A DNA stretch of 13,697 nt from Amoebidium appalachense (GCA_963693365.1 CAVNZM010000074.1:1-13697), one strand, 5' to 3'. Counted from the stretch's first letter, positions 1 through 8,060 are shown. Notes: generated by a model not told the origin, from the sequence alone. Numbers and translations: made by a program.

Positions 1-149
1 ACTGCCTGCTGGGAACAACATGTCACTTTTTGAGCAGCACTTAGGAAACTCGCGCTCACGTGGATCCAATACTTATACACCAACCAGAAGTGTGCGCACA
101 AAAAGGGGTCCGAGCTGGATACAAATGGCTTGGTGTGTGTGTGTGTGTG

Positions 150-375
150 TTTTATTTTGCACTGTGTAAGGAGCGCTTTTTTCTGTTCACACTGCTTTAC
201 TTTGTAAATAATCAGTGGCGAGTTTTTTTTAGTTCACGGTGTGTTTGCGCATCATAGGATTTTGCTTTATTTTGCATTGTGTAAGAGGAACGTTTTTTTT
301 TGGGTCACACTTTTGCTTCGTAAAAATAAGAGGGACGTTTTTTTTGTTCACACTGCTTTGCTTCGTGGATAAAAA
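150..375. repeat. Degenerate ~45-bp T-rich repeats (about 4 copies) upstream of the coiled-coil gene
   Basis: The pattern GAG/GG..CG-T(6-9)-..GTTCACACTGCTTT(A/G)CTT.GT..A(A/T)AA recurs at ~170, ~216, ~285 and ~329. TTTATTTTGCA(C/T)TGTGTAAG occurs at ~151 and ~266. Confidence 0.55.
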
Positions 376-412
376 CTAAACACCTCCTGCCCAACCGGCT
401 GCAAACGACACA

Positions 413-775
413 ATGGATGAAAGTTTAACAGTCACACAGCGCCAAGATGCACACACCGAGCAGCTGCAAGAGACCAACAAGATGCTGAAGGAGGCCAACG
501 AGGGGCTGCACGGGCTGATCCAGCAGCTGAGGGAGTTGAACAACGACATGGACAAGGACAACGACGCGCTGCGCACAATGAACAAGAACCAGCGGGAGGT
601 GATCAAGGGCCTGCAAGAGGAGCGCAACAAGGTGTGCGAAGAGAACAAGAATTTGGTGGTGGAGAACCAAGAGCTGCAGCTGGAAAACGACAAGCTGAAG
701 AAGCAAAAGGACTTTCTACGGGCCTGTCTCATACGGCTGGGCCAGTCCGCTAAGACTCCGGATGAAACGGATTGA
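413..775 (+). CDS. Hypothetical coiled-coil protein (120 aa)
   Basis: ACAATGG start context, strongly GC3-biased codons, and heptad-patterned L/N/E/K/Q sequence (LQETNKMLKEANEGLHGLIQQLRELN...). Confidence 0.8.
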   Translation: MDESLTVTQRQDAHTEQLQETNKMLKEANEGLHGLIQQLRELNNDMDKDNDALRTMNKNQREVIKGLQEERNKVCEENKNLVVENQELQLENDKLKKQKDFLRACLIRLGQSAKTPDETD

Positions 776-913
776 TACAATCATGAGGGATAACACTTGC
801 GAGTGATTTCATTCTGTTACTTAGTATAATTAACGTCTAAGCTTGATGAAAACAAACCCGTGGCTGCTAACCATTGGCCGGGTATAGATCTAACCAAAAA
901 AGGAAGGCACAAC

Positions 914-1228
914 AAATTAGTGCCCTGCACACAGAGCATGCCTATAGGCTGTTTAGACACCAGACGTGTAGGGCACTGCCTCTTGGCACCAACCAGAAGA
1001 GGGTAGAAATCAGTGCCCTGCACACGGAGCATGCCTATAGGCTGTTTAGACACCACACGTGTAGGGCACTGCCCCTTGGCACCAACCAGAAGAGGGTAGA
1101 AATCAGTGCCCTGCACACAGAGCATGCCTATAGGCTGTTTAGACACCACACGTGTAGGGCACTGCCTCTTGGCACCAACCAGAAGAGGGTAGAAATCAGT
1201 GCCCTGCACACGGGGCATGCCTATAGGC
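914..1228. repeat. 93-bp tandem repeat, ~3.4 near-identical copies, palindrome-rich
   Basis: AGTGCCCTGCACAC recurs at 919, 1012, 1105 and 1198 (period 93). Each unit has the palindrome GCCTATAGGC. Complete units have the inverted arms AGTGCCCTGCAC / GTGTAGGGCACT. Confidence 0.95.
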
Positions 1229-1237
1229 AGTGATGGG

Positions 1238-1374
1238 GTGAGTAGGATGAGTAGCTTGAGTACCTACTCATCTGGTCTCCCCCCGGGTGTTCCAATTTCC
1301 TTTTGGATTGAGATTTAGGTATACCCGTAGCCCACAGTAGATGAGTACGTACTCATCCTACTCATCCTACTCAC
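1238..1374. repeat. 36-bp inverted repeat (long hairpin / MITE-like element)
   Basis: 1238-1273 (GTGAGTAGGATGAGTAGCTTGAGTACCTACTCATCT) matches the reverse complement of 1339-1374 at 33 of 36 positions. A perfect 18-bp palindrome, GATGAGTACGTACTCATC, lies at 1340-1357. Confidence 0.9.
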
Positions 1375-1762
1375 TATATAACAATTGCATATTTTTATAC
1401 CTAAAAAGGAAACCTTTACCATATTTGGTCGAGTAACATCTAGTGTGGGACACTTGTCTGTGTTACTCAGAATCAGTACCTTGAGTAAGATAATTATTGT
1501 TACTCAGTGCAACAAGTTTCAGGTGACGTGTATCTGCTTATACTTATATATATATCCTGAGTGTAGGGCTGGCTCCCTAATGGACACTCCAAACCCACAT
1601 ATTTGTAACAATATTATCGACCATAATCCCAACGCACACCAGACATGTGCTCCGATGACTCCCTGGCTGTGGGCCTCCTTATATTCACATGCTGCGCCAT
1701 CCAGGGCACAGTTGCACCTTCACCGGCAGTCGCACACACACACGCACTGCGCGATACCTGCA

Positions 1763-2281
1763 TTATTCTCTACACTGCCGCCTATTTTTCTGTACTGATT
1801 CATATAACTGCAGCGACAGAATGTCGCACCCCATGTCATGCCAAAGGAAGTCCTTCAAAAAGTCGATTCGCAGAAGGGTTGTTCGTTTTCTCTTTGCCTC
1901 CATGGGGACAGCTCGTCCCTCGCTCATGCCCTCCTCCTCCGTCGGATCCCTCGGTGGCAGCAGCGACAGCGTGGTGTCCCAGCGCTCCCAGGTCAGCCGA
2001 AACGACTTGCCCCAATCCAGGTCGATGGTCACCACATCCCCGGCCCCCTCCAGTGGACACGTCGAAAACACCAGGTGGTTGAGTCCAGTCCTGTTCGACG
2101 TTTCCACCGACTGCAGCGGCAGCATCGTGTCCGACAGCATCGTGTCGCCCTTGCCGAGTCTTGCGTGGAGCTGTAGCGGCCGGCTTGCCACCCTCCCGGC
2201 GCCGTTCGAGTCGAACGTCATGTTGGATACAAGCAGCGACAGCCGATTGACAAATAGCTTCAGGTCCTGCTCAAAAGCCAT
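1763..2281 (-). CDS. Hypothetical protein (172 aa, MAFEQDLKLF...)
   Basis: ACCATGG start context at 2281, with GGTATAAAA ~55 nt upstream on the same strand. Composition looks globular. No family recognised. Confidence 0.65.
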   Translation of the reverse strand: MAFEQDLKLFVNRLSLLVSNMTFDSNGAGRVASRPLQLHARLGKGDTMLSDTMLPLQSVETSNRTGLNHLVFSTCPLEGAGDVVTIDLDWGKSFRLTWERWDTTLSLLPPRDPTEEEGMSEGRAVPMEAKRKRTTLLRIDFLKDFLWHDMGCDILSLQLYESVQKNRRQCRE

Positions 2282-2693
2282 GGTCGGTTCTGGTGCAGAT
2301 TCAGACTGGCAGCTCCCCGTGTCAGACACACGCTTTTATACCCTCCAGAGTCCCCGCCTGCGTCGGCGCACACTCATTCGCAAGGTGCCAGTTCTCGAGG
2401 CGCTGCATGACCACGAGTGCGCGCTTGCGTGTTTCGGCGTGTGTGTACGTGGGCCCGAATCGGAGTGTGAGGTGCTGAGCGTGCGCTGTTGCACAAGCAT
2501 GTGGACCGCAGGTGTGCGACCGGGAGACATTGTGGTGGCGTGCGAGATCAAGCGCGCAGAATCCGGGTGGAGCAAGGTGTCCCTCGAGCTCGAGGAGGGC
2601 GCGTGGACCAGCAACCAGTGTGCGGCTGGGTGTAAGAGGAGGAAATGGTTTCACAGGGGTTGTGCAGGGCAAGCGCCCAAAATTTTGGGGTAG
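2280..2693 (+). pseudogene. Possible coding fragment with PDZ-like and partial PHD-like motifs
   Basis: The translation contains EVLSVR..SMWTAGVRPGDIVVA (resembles the PDZ V..V...S.A..AG(L/V)..GD.I(V/L).. pattern) and QCAAGCKRRKWFHRGCAG (resembles the second half of a PHD finger). The start is unclear. Confidence 0.3.
2334..2342 (-). promoter_or_regulatory. TATA box (GGTATAAAA) of the 2281-1763 gene
   Basis: The identical 9-mer precedes the genes at 5026 and 6384 at similar distances. Confidence 0.6.
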
Positions 2694-2930
2694 AGGTCAT
2701 GCCAAAACAAGGAGGTCAGTCCAAAAAGAGGGGTCACAGACGTGCAAGGAAGTACGTGTTTGCCAACGAGTTCATGCCAAAATACCGGAGGCTGGCCCTT
2801 CGACAAATTGTGCGAGTAAAGCGAAAAACGCACTGAGATTTATTCTGTCGACATCGATGTTGGAAAAATCACATACCATTATGCACATAACCACCCACCC
2901 GAATTTACCCCTAAAGTTTGACAACCCGAG

Positions 2931-3186
2931 ATTACATCAATGACAAATATACGATTCTACAACCCCGAATGAATTCTATCACTTGCACACGAAACAAGTA
3001 CCCGAGAAATTACATCAATGACGAATATACGATTCTACAACCCCGAATGAATTCTATCACTTGCACACGAAACAAGTACCCGAGAAATTACATCAATGAC
3101 AAATATACGATTCTACAACCCCGAATGAATTCTATCACTTGCACACGAAACAAGTACCCGAGAAATTACATCAATGACAAATATAC
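2931..3186. repeat. 78-bp tandem repeat, ~3.3 near-identical copies, A/C-rich
   Basis: ATTACATCAATGAC recurs at 2931, 3009, 3087 and 3165 (period 78). It lies just 3' of the MYND gene. Confidence 0.95.
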
Positions 3187-3214
3187 ACAGACACAGCATC
3201 ACCACGGCCATCCC

Positions 3215-4624
3215 CTACGGGCCCTGCCCCAGGCAGTCCTTCTTGTGCTCACCCCAATCGCGGGTCTGGCAGTCCCTGCTGCAGTAGTAGACGTGCTTAC
3301 AGGCCGAGCACTTCTTGGTGCGCCCGGTCGAGCCGCAGGTGGCACAGACGACAGAGGGCAGCTTGTCGATGAAGTGCTTGACGGCCCGGTCGCACCATTC
3401 AAACATACACATGTTGTCCATGTCGTACTCCGTGGACACGGGAAGAGTGCTCACCGCAAACTCCGCAATCTGCAGAACAGCCTCGGGCGTGGTGTGCGCG
3501 AGGCCGGAAGACGCGCACAGTACATGAAGCATCATTCTGAAGACAATACCGGCGCCCGTGCTGATGTTTCCGGCATAGAGGGCATTGTAGTCCCGCTCCT
3601 CCAGCACGTAGCGGTGGAAGACACAGTAGTGCCTAAAACACGCGAAGTAGGTAGCCATGTCGCGTTCGGCCGCAGTCACCGTTGGGTCGTTCACCCATCT
3701 CCGCTCCTCTATAGCACGCATCTCGCCCGCCAGGGTAGCCTCGCATTCCATGTAGCGCTCCTTGTTGCGAAACACACGCAGGTCGCCGCACTCCAGAACT
3801 TTTAGCATCAGGTTGCAGACCGGGTCCGAGTGGAAACGCAAGTGGCTGTCCATGGTGTAGACCACGACCTCGTTTTTCGACACCGTTGGGTCTTGGTGGG
3901 TGGGTTGCTCCTTGCAGTCCTTCTTGTGCTCGGGCCACTTTTGTTTCATACAGATGTCATTGCAGAAGTAGGCGTTTCTGCAGCGGGTGCACTTCTTTGT
4001 GTCGACGGGCGAGCGGCACTGGAGACATGACACGGAAGGCAACTCGTTCACAAAGTGCTCGACGGCCCGGTTAGCCCAATCATTGTACACCACGTCGACA
4101 ATGTCCTTGCATAACGTATACGCACCCAAGGCGGAAGTGGCCGGCTCTTGACTGAAGTGGGCAGCGGGTCGGGCCTTGAGACCGGACCGCTCGCATAGCG
4201 CCGTCCCCACGAGCATGAAGAAGTCCTGAACCCCTTGACCGAGCGTGCCCTCGTGGAGAGCCTCATGGTCCGGCTTCCCCAGCACGTAGCGCTGGAAGGC
4301 GGCGTACATTGGGAACGCGCTGGAGTGCAGACAAGTGTCCCAGAGGGGCGGCACCCGCCCAGGCCCGCGGGGTTGTCTCTGCAAATGCAGCAGCAAAGTT
4401 TTCATGTCGTTTTCAAGGACTGAACGGAACGCAGCAAAGCTCTCCCGTGTTTCGAAGATGCGGAGGTCGCCGTCTCTCGCAACTTCCAGCAGCCGAGCGC
4501 TGGCAGGGTCCCGGTGGAGCCGATACTTGTCGTCCATGGCATAGACGACGACCGTGTCCGTGTCCGAGCCGGGGGGCTGGACGATGAAAGGCAAAGCCAC
4601 GGCCTCTTCAGGTGTTTGGTCCAT
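3215..4624 (-). CDS. Protein with two MYND-type zinc fingers, built from an internally duplicated ~230-aa module (469 aa)
   Basis: CLQC...CTRCRNAYFCNDICMKQKWPEHKKDC and CATC...CSACKHVYYCSRDCQTRDWGEHKKDC match the MYND consensus. The start is set at MDQTPEE (4624); the upstream extension to 4876 overlaps promoter-like sequence. Confidence 0.9.
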   Translation of the reverse strand: MDQTPEEAVALPFIVQPPGSDTDTVVVYAMDDKYRLHRDPASARLLEVARDGDLRIFETRESFAAFRSVLENDMKTLLLHLQRQPRGPGRVPPLWDTCLHSSAFPMYAAFQRYVLGKPDHEALHEGTLGQGVQDFFMLVGTALCERSGLKARPAAHFSQEPATSALGAYTLCKDIVDVVYNDWANRAVEHFVNELPSVSCLQCRSPVDTKKCTRCRNAYFCNDICMKQKWPEHKKDCKEQPTHQDPTVSKNEVVVYTMDSHLRFHSDPVCNLMLKVLECGDLRVFRNKERYMECEATLAGEMRAIEERRWVNDPTVTAAERDMATYFACFRHYCVFHRYVLEERDYNALYAGNISTGAGIVFRMMLHVLCASSGLAHTTPEAVLQIAEFAVSTLPVSTEYDMDNMCMFEWCDRAVKHFIDKLPSVVCATCGSTGRTKKCSACKHVYYCSRDCQTRDWGEHKKDCLGQGP

Positions 4625-4769
4625 GCTTGTGCGTGAATGCCAGCGTGTGGTGATTTGTCTAGTGAAACGATCCGCTGAGAGAGTGTGTGAGAGAGAAAGC
4701 GAAAAAGTGACGCCTTTTGTAGTCAGTCCGATCAGCCATCTGAAAAGCACTGGTATGGCATGACCGTAG

Positions 4770-4967
4770 CGCCATTCGATTGGATATCTCGCTAGATTAC
4801 GCCTCACGCGCTGATTGGTCAGCCGCGATTGGATCGTAAATATAAATTCCGATTGGATCATGTGGTTACTTCTCATGGTAAGTAAATTTTGATTCCATCA
4901 GATAAATCATGTCCATCCAATCAAAACGCGACAGCTGTCAGCCTTGCCCTGCCTGGCAGGTATAAAA
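4770..4967. promoter_or_regulatory. Divergent promoter region with CCAAT-box cluster and TATA box
   Basis: GATTGG at ~4779, ~4814, ~4828 and ~4851, CCAATC at 4917, and GGTATAAAA at 4959-4967. It lies between the divergent starts at 4624 (-) and 5026 (+). Confidence 0.65.
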
Positions 4968-5025
4968 TGCCGCGACTCAGCGCTATGCTGACACTTTCCA
5001 CTCTTCCTGTTTCTCTTCACCAACA

Positions 5026-5502
5026 ATGTCCGGCACACCATCTGCAAAGGCCGGCCCTGACCCAGCCGGGCAGCCTGCCAGTCCACGGCCCCCAGGGTCA
5101 TTTGCCACGTGGCCTCCCGAATGGCAGCAGTACCTGTACGAGGAGGCAAAGCGTGACCGCTACCGTGCGCGCGCCAGCGAGCGGGAGATGCAGCTCAAGT
5201 ACAAGGTGCTGCACAAGAAGTACAAGCGCCTCAAGACCAGCGTGAGCCTGTACCGTATGACATGGAGGAGCCTGAAGAACCTCAGCGACCCCGAGACCTC
5301 CGCCGAGGAGTCCCCCACCGAGGAGCGCCCCATTCGCATCTTGAGCTCCGAGGAGGAGCGCCTCCACAAGAAGCCCCCCGAGAAGAAGCGCGCGCGGTCG
5401 CCCGAGGACACTTCGGCGCCCACCGAGAAGAAGCGCGCGCGGTCGCCCGAGGACACTTCGGCGCCCACCGAGAAGCGCAGCCGTGCTGGACACGAGGAGT
5501 AA
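5026..5502 (+). CDS. Hypothetical basic/coiled-coil protein with repeated NLS-like KKRAR motifs (158 aa)
   Basis: TATA box ~60 nt upstream, ACAATG context, very high GC3, and AATAAA overlapping the stop (5502-5507). Confidence 0.8.
   Translation: MSGTPSAKAGPDPAGQPASPRPPGSFATWPPEWQQYLYEEAKRDRYRARASEREMQLKYKVLHKKYKRLKTSVSLYRMTWRSLKNLSDPETSAEESPTEERPIRILSSEEERLHKKPPEKKRARSPEDTSAPTEKKRARSPEDTSAPTEKRSRAGHEE
5378..5475 (+). repeat. 45-bp in-frame tandem repeat (EKKRARSPEDTSAPT x2.2)
   Basis: CCGAGAAG recurs at 5378, 5423 and 5468 with identical intervening sequence. Confidence 0.95.
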
Positions 5503-5545
5503 ATAAAAATTGCCACTTCCTCTTCCACACCTGTGTTGTGGACCG

Positions 5546-5617
5546 TAGCGCTTGCATGCATGGTGCTGCTCGTGCTGCTTGCCGCGTGCTGGCGCTCAGG
5601 GGGGGGGGGGGGGGGGG
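5546..5617 (+). pseudogene. Duplicated 3' end (transmembrane-coding part plus poly-G) of the 5916-6170 gene
   Basis: 34-bp exact match TAGCGCTTGCATGCATGGTGCTGCTCGTGCTGCT at 5546 and 6109. Both continue into GCGTGCTGGCG and a poly-G tract. This copy has a 1-nt deletion and no ATG. Confidence 0.7.
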
Positions 5618-5915
5618 TCTTGTTGTTTGTGTTAATGCACCCACAGCGTGCCCTTTGTGACACTTGCAGTGGGTTGTTGTTGTTGCCTTTTACAACCACC
5701 GCTCTGGACACAAGATCGAACAGCTATCAAATTGACCGTATATATGACAAAGAAAAACAAGGTTGCCAAAGATCATTGTAGCAGTGCGTCCTCCGTCTTG
5801 GCGCGCCCTACGTCCCAGCGGTTTTTAGGTTCCATTAGCACTGCGATGCATAATCTCTGTGTGTGCTCCCCGAGTTGCTGGGGAGGGGGCGCTCCAAAGT
5901 ATCTCTTCGGAAGGT

Positions 5916-6168
5916 ATGACTTCTCCGAACATTGCAAACCTGAGATTTGACAACCCGAGTAACTCGTGGTTGCGCAGGGATGACATTGCCGCCGACCCGC
6001 ACGAGTACCACCTGACCATCGACAACAACACGCGCTTCATGCTCTACATGGGCACTTCATTGGACGACCATGATGCACAGCTCAAGAGCGCTTCGATGTG
6101 GAGGGGCATAGCGCTTGCATGCATGGTGCTGCTCGTGCTGCTCGCTGGCGTGCTGGCGTACAGGTGGT

Positions 6169-6170
<2 letters not shown>
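5916..6170 (+). CDS. Small tail-anchored membrane protein (84 aa)
   Basis: The ORF MTSPNIANL... ends in the hydrophobic helix GIALACMVLLVLLAGVLAY followed by RW-stop, with GC3-biased codons. Confidence 0.6.
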
Positions 6171-6201
<31 letters not shown>

Positions 6202-6214
6202 TATGATGGGTTGT

Positions 6215-6341
6215 TGTTGAAGCCGTTGAACCGTTGAGGTCCGCGAGATCACCCCACACACACACAGCCCGTCACACTTCTATTTTAAACAACCCCCCTT
6301 CAACAGCTTCAACAGCTTTAACTCTTCAACAGGGTATAAAA
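6215..6341. promoter_or_regulatory. Inverted GTTGAA/TTCAAC repeat array plus TATA box upstream of the helicase
   Basis: TGTTGAAGCCGTTGAA (6215-6230) matches the reverse complement of TTCAACAGCTTCAACA (6299-6314) at 15 of 16 positions. Further copies lie at 6233, 6317 and 6325. GGTATAAAA is at 6333-6341. Confidence 0.7.
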
Positions 6342-6383
6342 GGAACATGCATGCTTTTTTTTCTTCAGTCTACTGTAAGCATC

Positions 6384-7835
6384 ATGAGAGCTCCACCATC
6401 TTATGATGCATTCGAAGACCTTTCGGTTGACCATAGCATGTTGTTTGACCCCCACACATGTGTTCAACGCGCAAATTGGACTTTGGATGAGGTGTTTGCC
6501 TTTTTAAGCCCAAACATCGCATATGTCAGCAGGGAAGGTGCCTATCTGGTCAAGATTTATGACCAGGACACGAACCTGTACAAACACCATCGCAAGACAA
6601 AGGCTGCACTCCAAGAGTTTTTGGGAGCCTTTCTATTTCAGCTTGTTCCGCATGCAAACGGCAAACAGGATACGTACAACGGTGCAAACGTGTTGAAAAC
6701 ACCTTGCTTTCCATACTACACCTGTTTTGTTTTTGACCCGTCATCCCCAGACCCACGCACTGGAAACACGAAGCCAGCATACCTTGTCCAACGTTGCCGG
6801 GCATACAACATGTTCAAGGGATTGGCGCTACCCCACCAACCCGAGAACGTTTCTTGGCAGTCAGGTTCTGTCTCCCTGTTCGAACGCCACGCCTTTGAGG
6901 TGCTTTGCAACAATGACCGGGAGAGCTTTCATTATCTGATGCAATGGGTCGCACACATCTTCCAGTATCCTGAAGTCAAGTCTGGCACAGCGATTCTCAT
7001 GAGATCGATACAGGGAATAGGGAAAAACATCTGGTGGGAGATCATCGCCAACATCATTGGCAGTTGTTATTGTGGTTATATCACACACAGAGAGCATTTG
7101 GAGGGGAAGTTCAACGCGCATCTGGAGAACAAGCTACTGGTTGTGTGCGACGAAATGGGTCTTGGCAGTAACAGGGAAATTGCGAACCTGATGAAGGCTC
7201 GCATCACCCAGCAGGTGAACATGATCGAGCGAAAGGGGCAGGACGCTGTGTGTGTGAAGAGTTTCGAACGCTATGTCTGGCTTTCAAACGAGAAATGGCC
7301 CGTTCGGGTGGAGGAATCGGACCGTCGTTGGGTGTGCTTGCAGGGGACCCCAGTGGTCTATCCAAGAGCCTACTACCAGAACTTTACACGGTTTTACGAA
7401 GACCCTGCAAACCTACAGGCTGTCTGTGACTACTTCATGAAGATGCCAAATGTTCCCCGTGTTCTTCCGCTTCCACCCAAGACTGAACTCTGGTGCGAAC
7501 TGCGTGAAATGACACAGCCAGATGAACTCCTGTTTCTCAAAGATATGGCTACAGGCGCCGAGGGCATGTCTGTCGAGCAACTTCCCAATGGGGCCCGTGT
7601 TACAGCCACCACAATGCTGCATCTGTACAAGGAGTGGCTTTCACTCAACGGCAAGACCAAGAGCATCCCGTACGCCAGTGTGAAGAGCATGGGCTCCATG
7701 CTCAGCAAGATACTTGGACCCAACAAGGGAGTGCGAAACAACCACCTGATTGTTGCCCCTGGGATGCCCGCGTTGTCCCCAACCGGAACGTCGTACGCTT
7801 TTTTGTTCGACTACGAGAAGATCAAACAGGCCTAG
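6384..7835 (+). CDS. Superfamily 3 (D5-like / DUF5906-type) DNA helicase-ATPase, no recognisable primase domain (483 aa)
   Basis: Walker A SIQGIGKN (~7005-7028), Walker B LLVVCDE (~7134-7154), motif C VWLSN and arginine finger SDRRW. Upstream hallmarks YNMFKG and LCNND...YLMQWVAHIFQYP.VKSGTAIL. Winged-helix-like C-terminus. An alternative ATG is at 6351. Confidence 0.92.
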   Translation: MRAPPSYDAFEDLSVDHSMLFDPHTCVQRANWTLDEVFAFLSPNIAYVSREGAYLVKIYDQDTNLYKHHRKTKAALQEFLGAFLFQLVPHANGKQDTYNGANVLKTPCFPYYTCFVFDPSSPDPRTGNTKPAYLVQRCRAYNMFKGLALPHQPENVSWQSGSVSLFERHAFEVLCNNDRESFHYLMQWVAHIFQYPEVKSGTAILMRSIQGIGKNIWWEIIANIIGSCYCGYITHREHLEGKFNAHLENKLLVVCDEMGLGSNREIANLMKARITQQVNMIERKGQDAVCVKSFERYVWLSNEKWPVRVEESDRRWVCLQGTPVVYPRAYYQNFTRFYEDPANLQAVCDYFMKMPNVPRVLPLPPKTELWCELREMTQPDELLFLKDMATGAEGMSVEQLPNGARVTATTMLHLYKEWLSLNGKTKSIPYASVKSMGSMLSKILGPNKGVRNNHLIVAPGMPALSPTGTSYAFLFDYEKIKQA

Positions 7836-7852
7836 CCATTCCCCAACGCTGC

Positions 7853-7990
7853 GCGGGGGCATGGGGGGCTGGGGGTGGCTGGGGGTGGCACACAGGGCAT
7901 GGGGCCGGGGAGGAAGAGGAGGCACAGTGGTCTCACGGGCAGCACGAGGCAGGCGAGCCACGCATGCCCCTCACAGCCCCTCAGGAACCA
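7853..7990. repeat. GC-rich dispersed intergenic repeat, copy A (rearranged, parts in both orientations)
   Basis: AGGCACAGTGGTCTCACGGG (7920-7939) is identical to 11887-11906. CGCATGCCCCTCA is the reverse complement of 8559-8571. CACAGCCCCTCA is shared with copy B. Confidence 0.75.
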
Positions 7991-8060
7991 ACAGATGCTA
8001 GCTATAGGGGGGGGGGTACTTAAGCAGACCCGGGTTCATTTTCTCCCCATTCTTTCTACA

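Noticed and set aside
1-170. Possible helicase-like remnant (MSLFEQHL resembles the helicase's VSLFERHA)
   Set aside because: The match is only a few residues long and does not continue in frame. The window edge prevents assessment.
914-1228. CRISPR array interpretation of the palindromic 93-bp repeat (and of the 78-bp and 40-bp arrays)
   Set aside because: The units are near-identical along their whole length, there are no unique spacers, and no cas genes are present.
1689-2279. N-terminal part of the 334-aa + strand ORF
   Set aside because: It is Ser-rich antisense of the better supported 2281-1763 gene, which has a TATA box and a good start context.
2699-2836. 45-aa basic ORF MPKQGGQSKKRGHRRARKY...
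   Set aside because: It could be a small nucleic-acid-binding protein, but it is too short and has no promoter or homology support.
2917-2930. 14-bp TTTGACAACCCGAG also found at 5946-5959 (and CACCAACCAGAAG at 78-90 matching the 93-bp unit)
   Set aside because: These are isolated short matches with no extension into flanks, so no function or boundary can be inferred.
2918-3805. 295-aa + strand ORF
   Set aside because: It consists of the 78-bp repeat plus the antisense shadow of the GC3-rich MYND gene, and has a TTG start.
4625-4876. Upstream extensions of ORF-track calls (also 6234-6383, 7875-8060, 8269-8691, 12546-12605)
   Set aside because: They run through promoter or repeat DNA. Downstream ATGs have consistent contexts, and the recognisable domains start after them.
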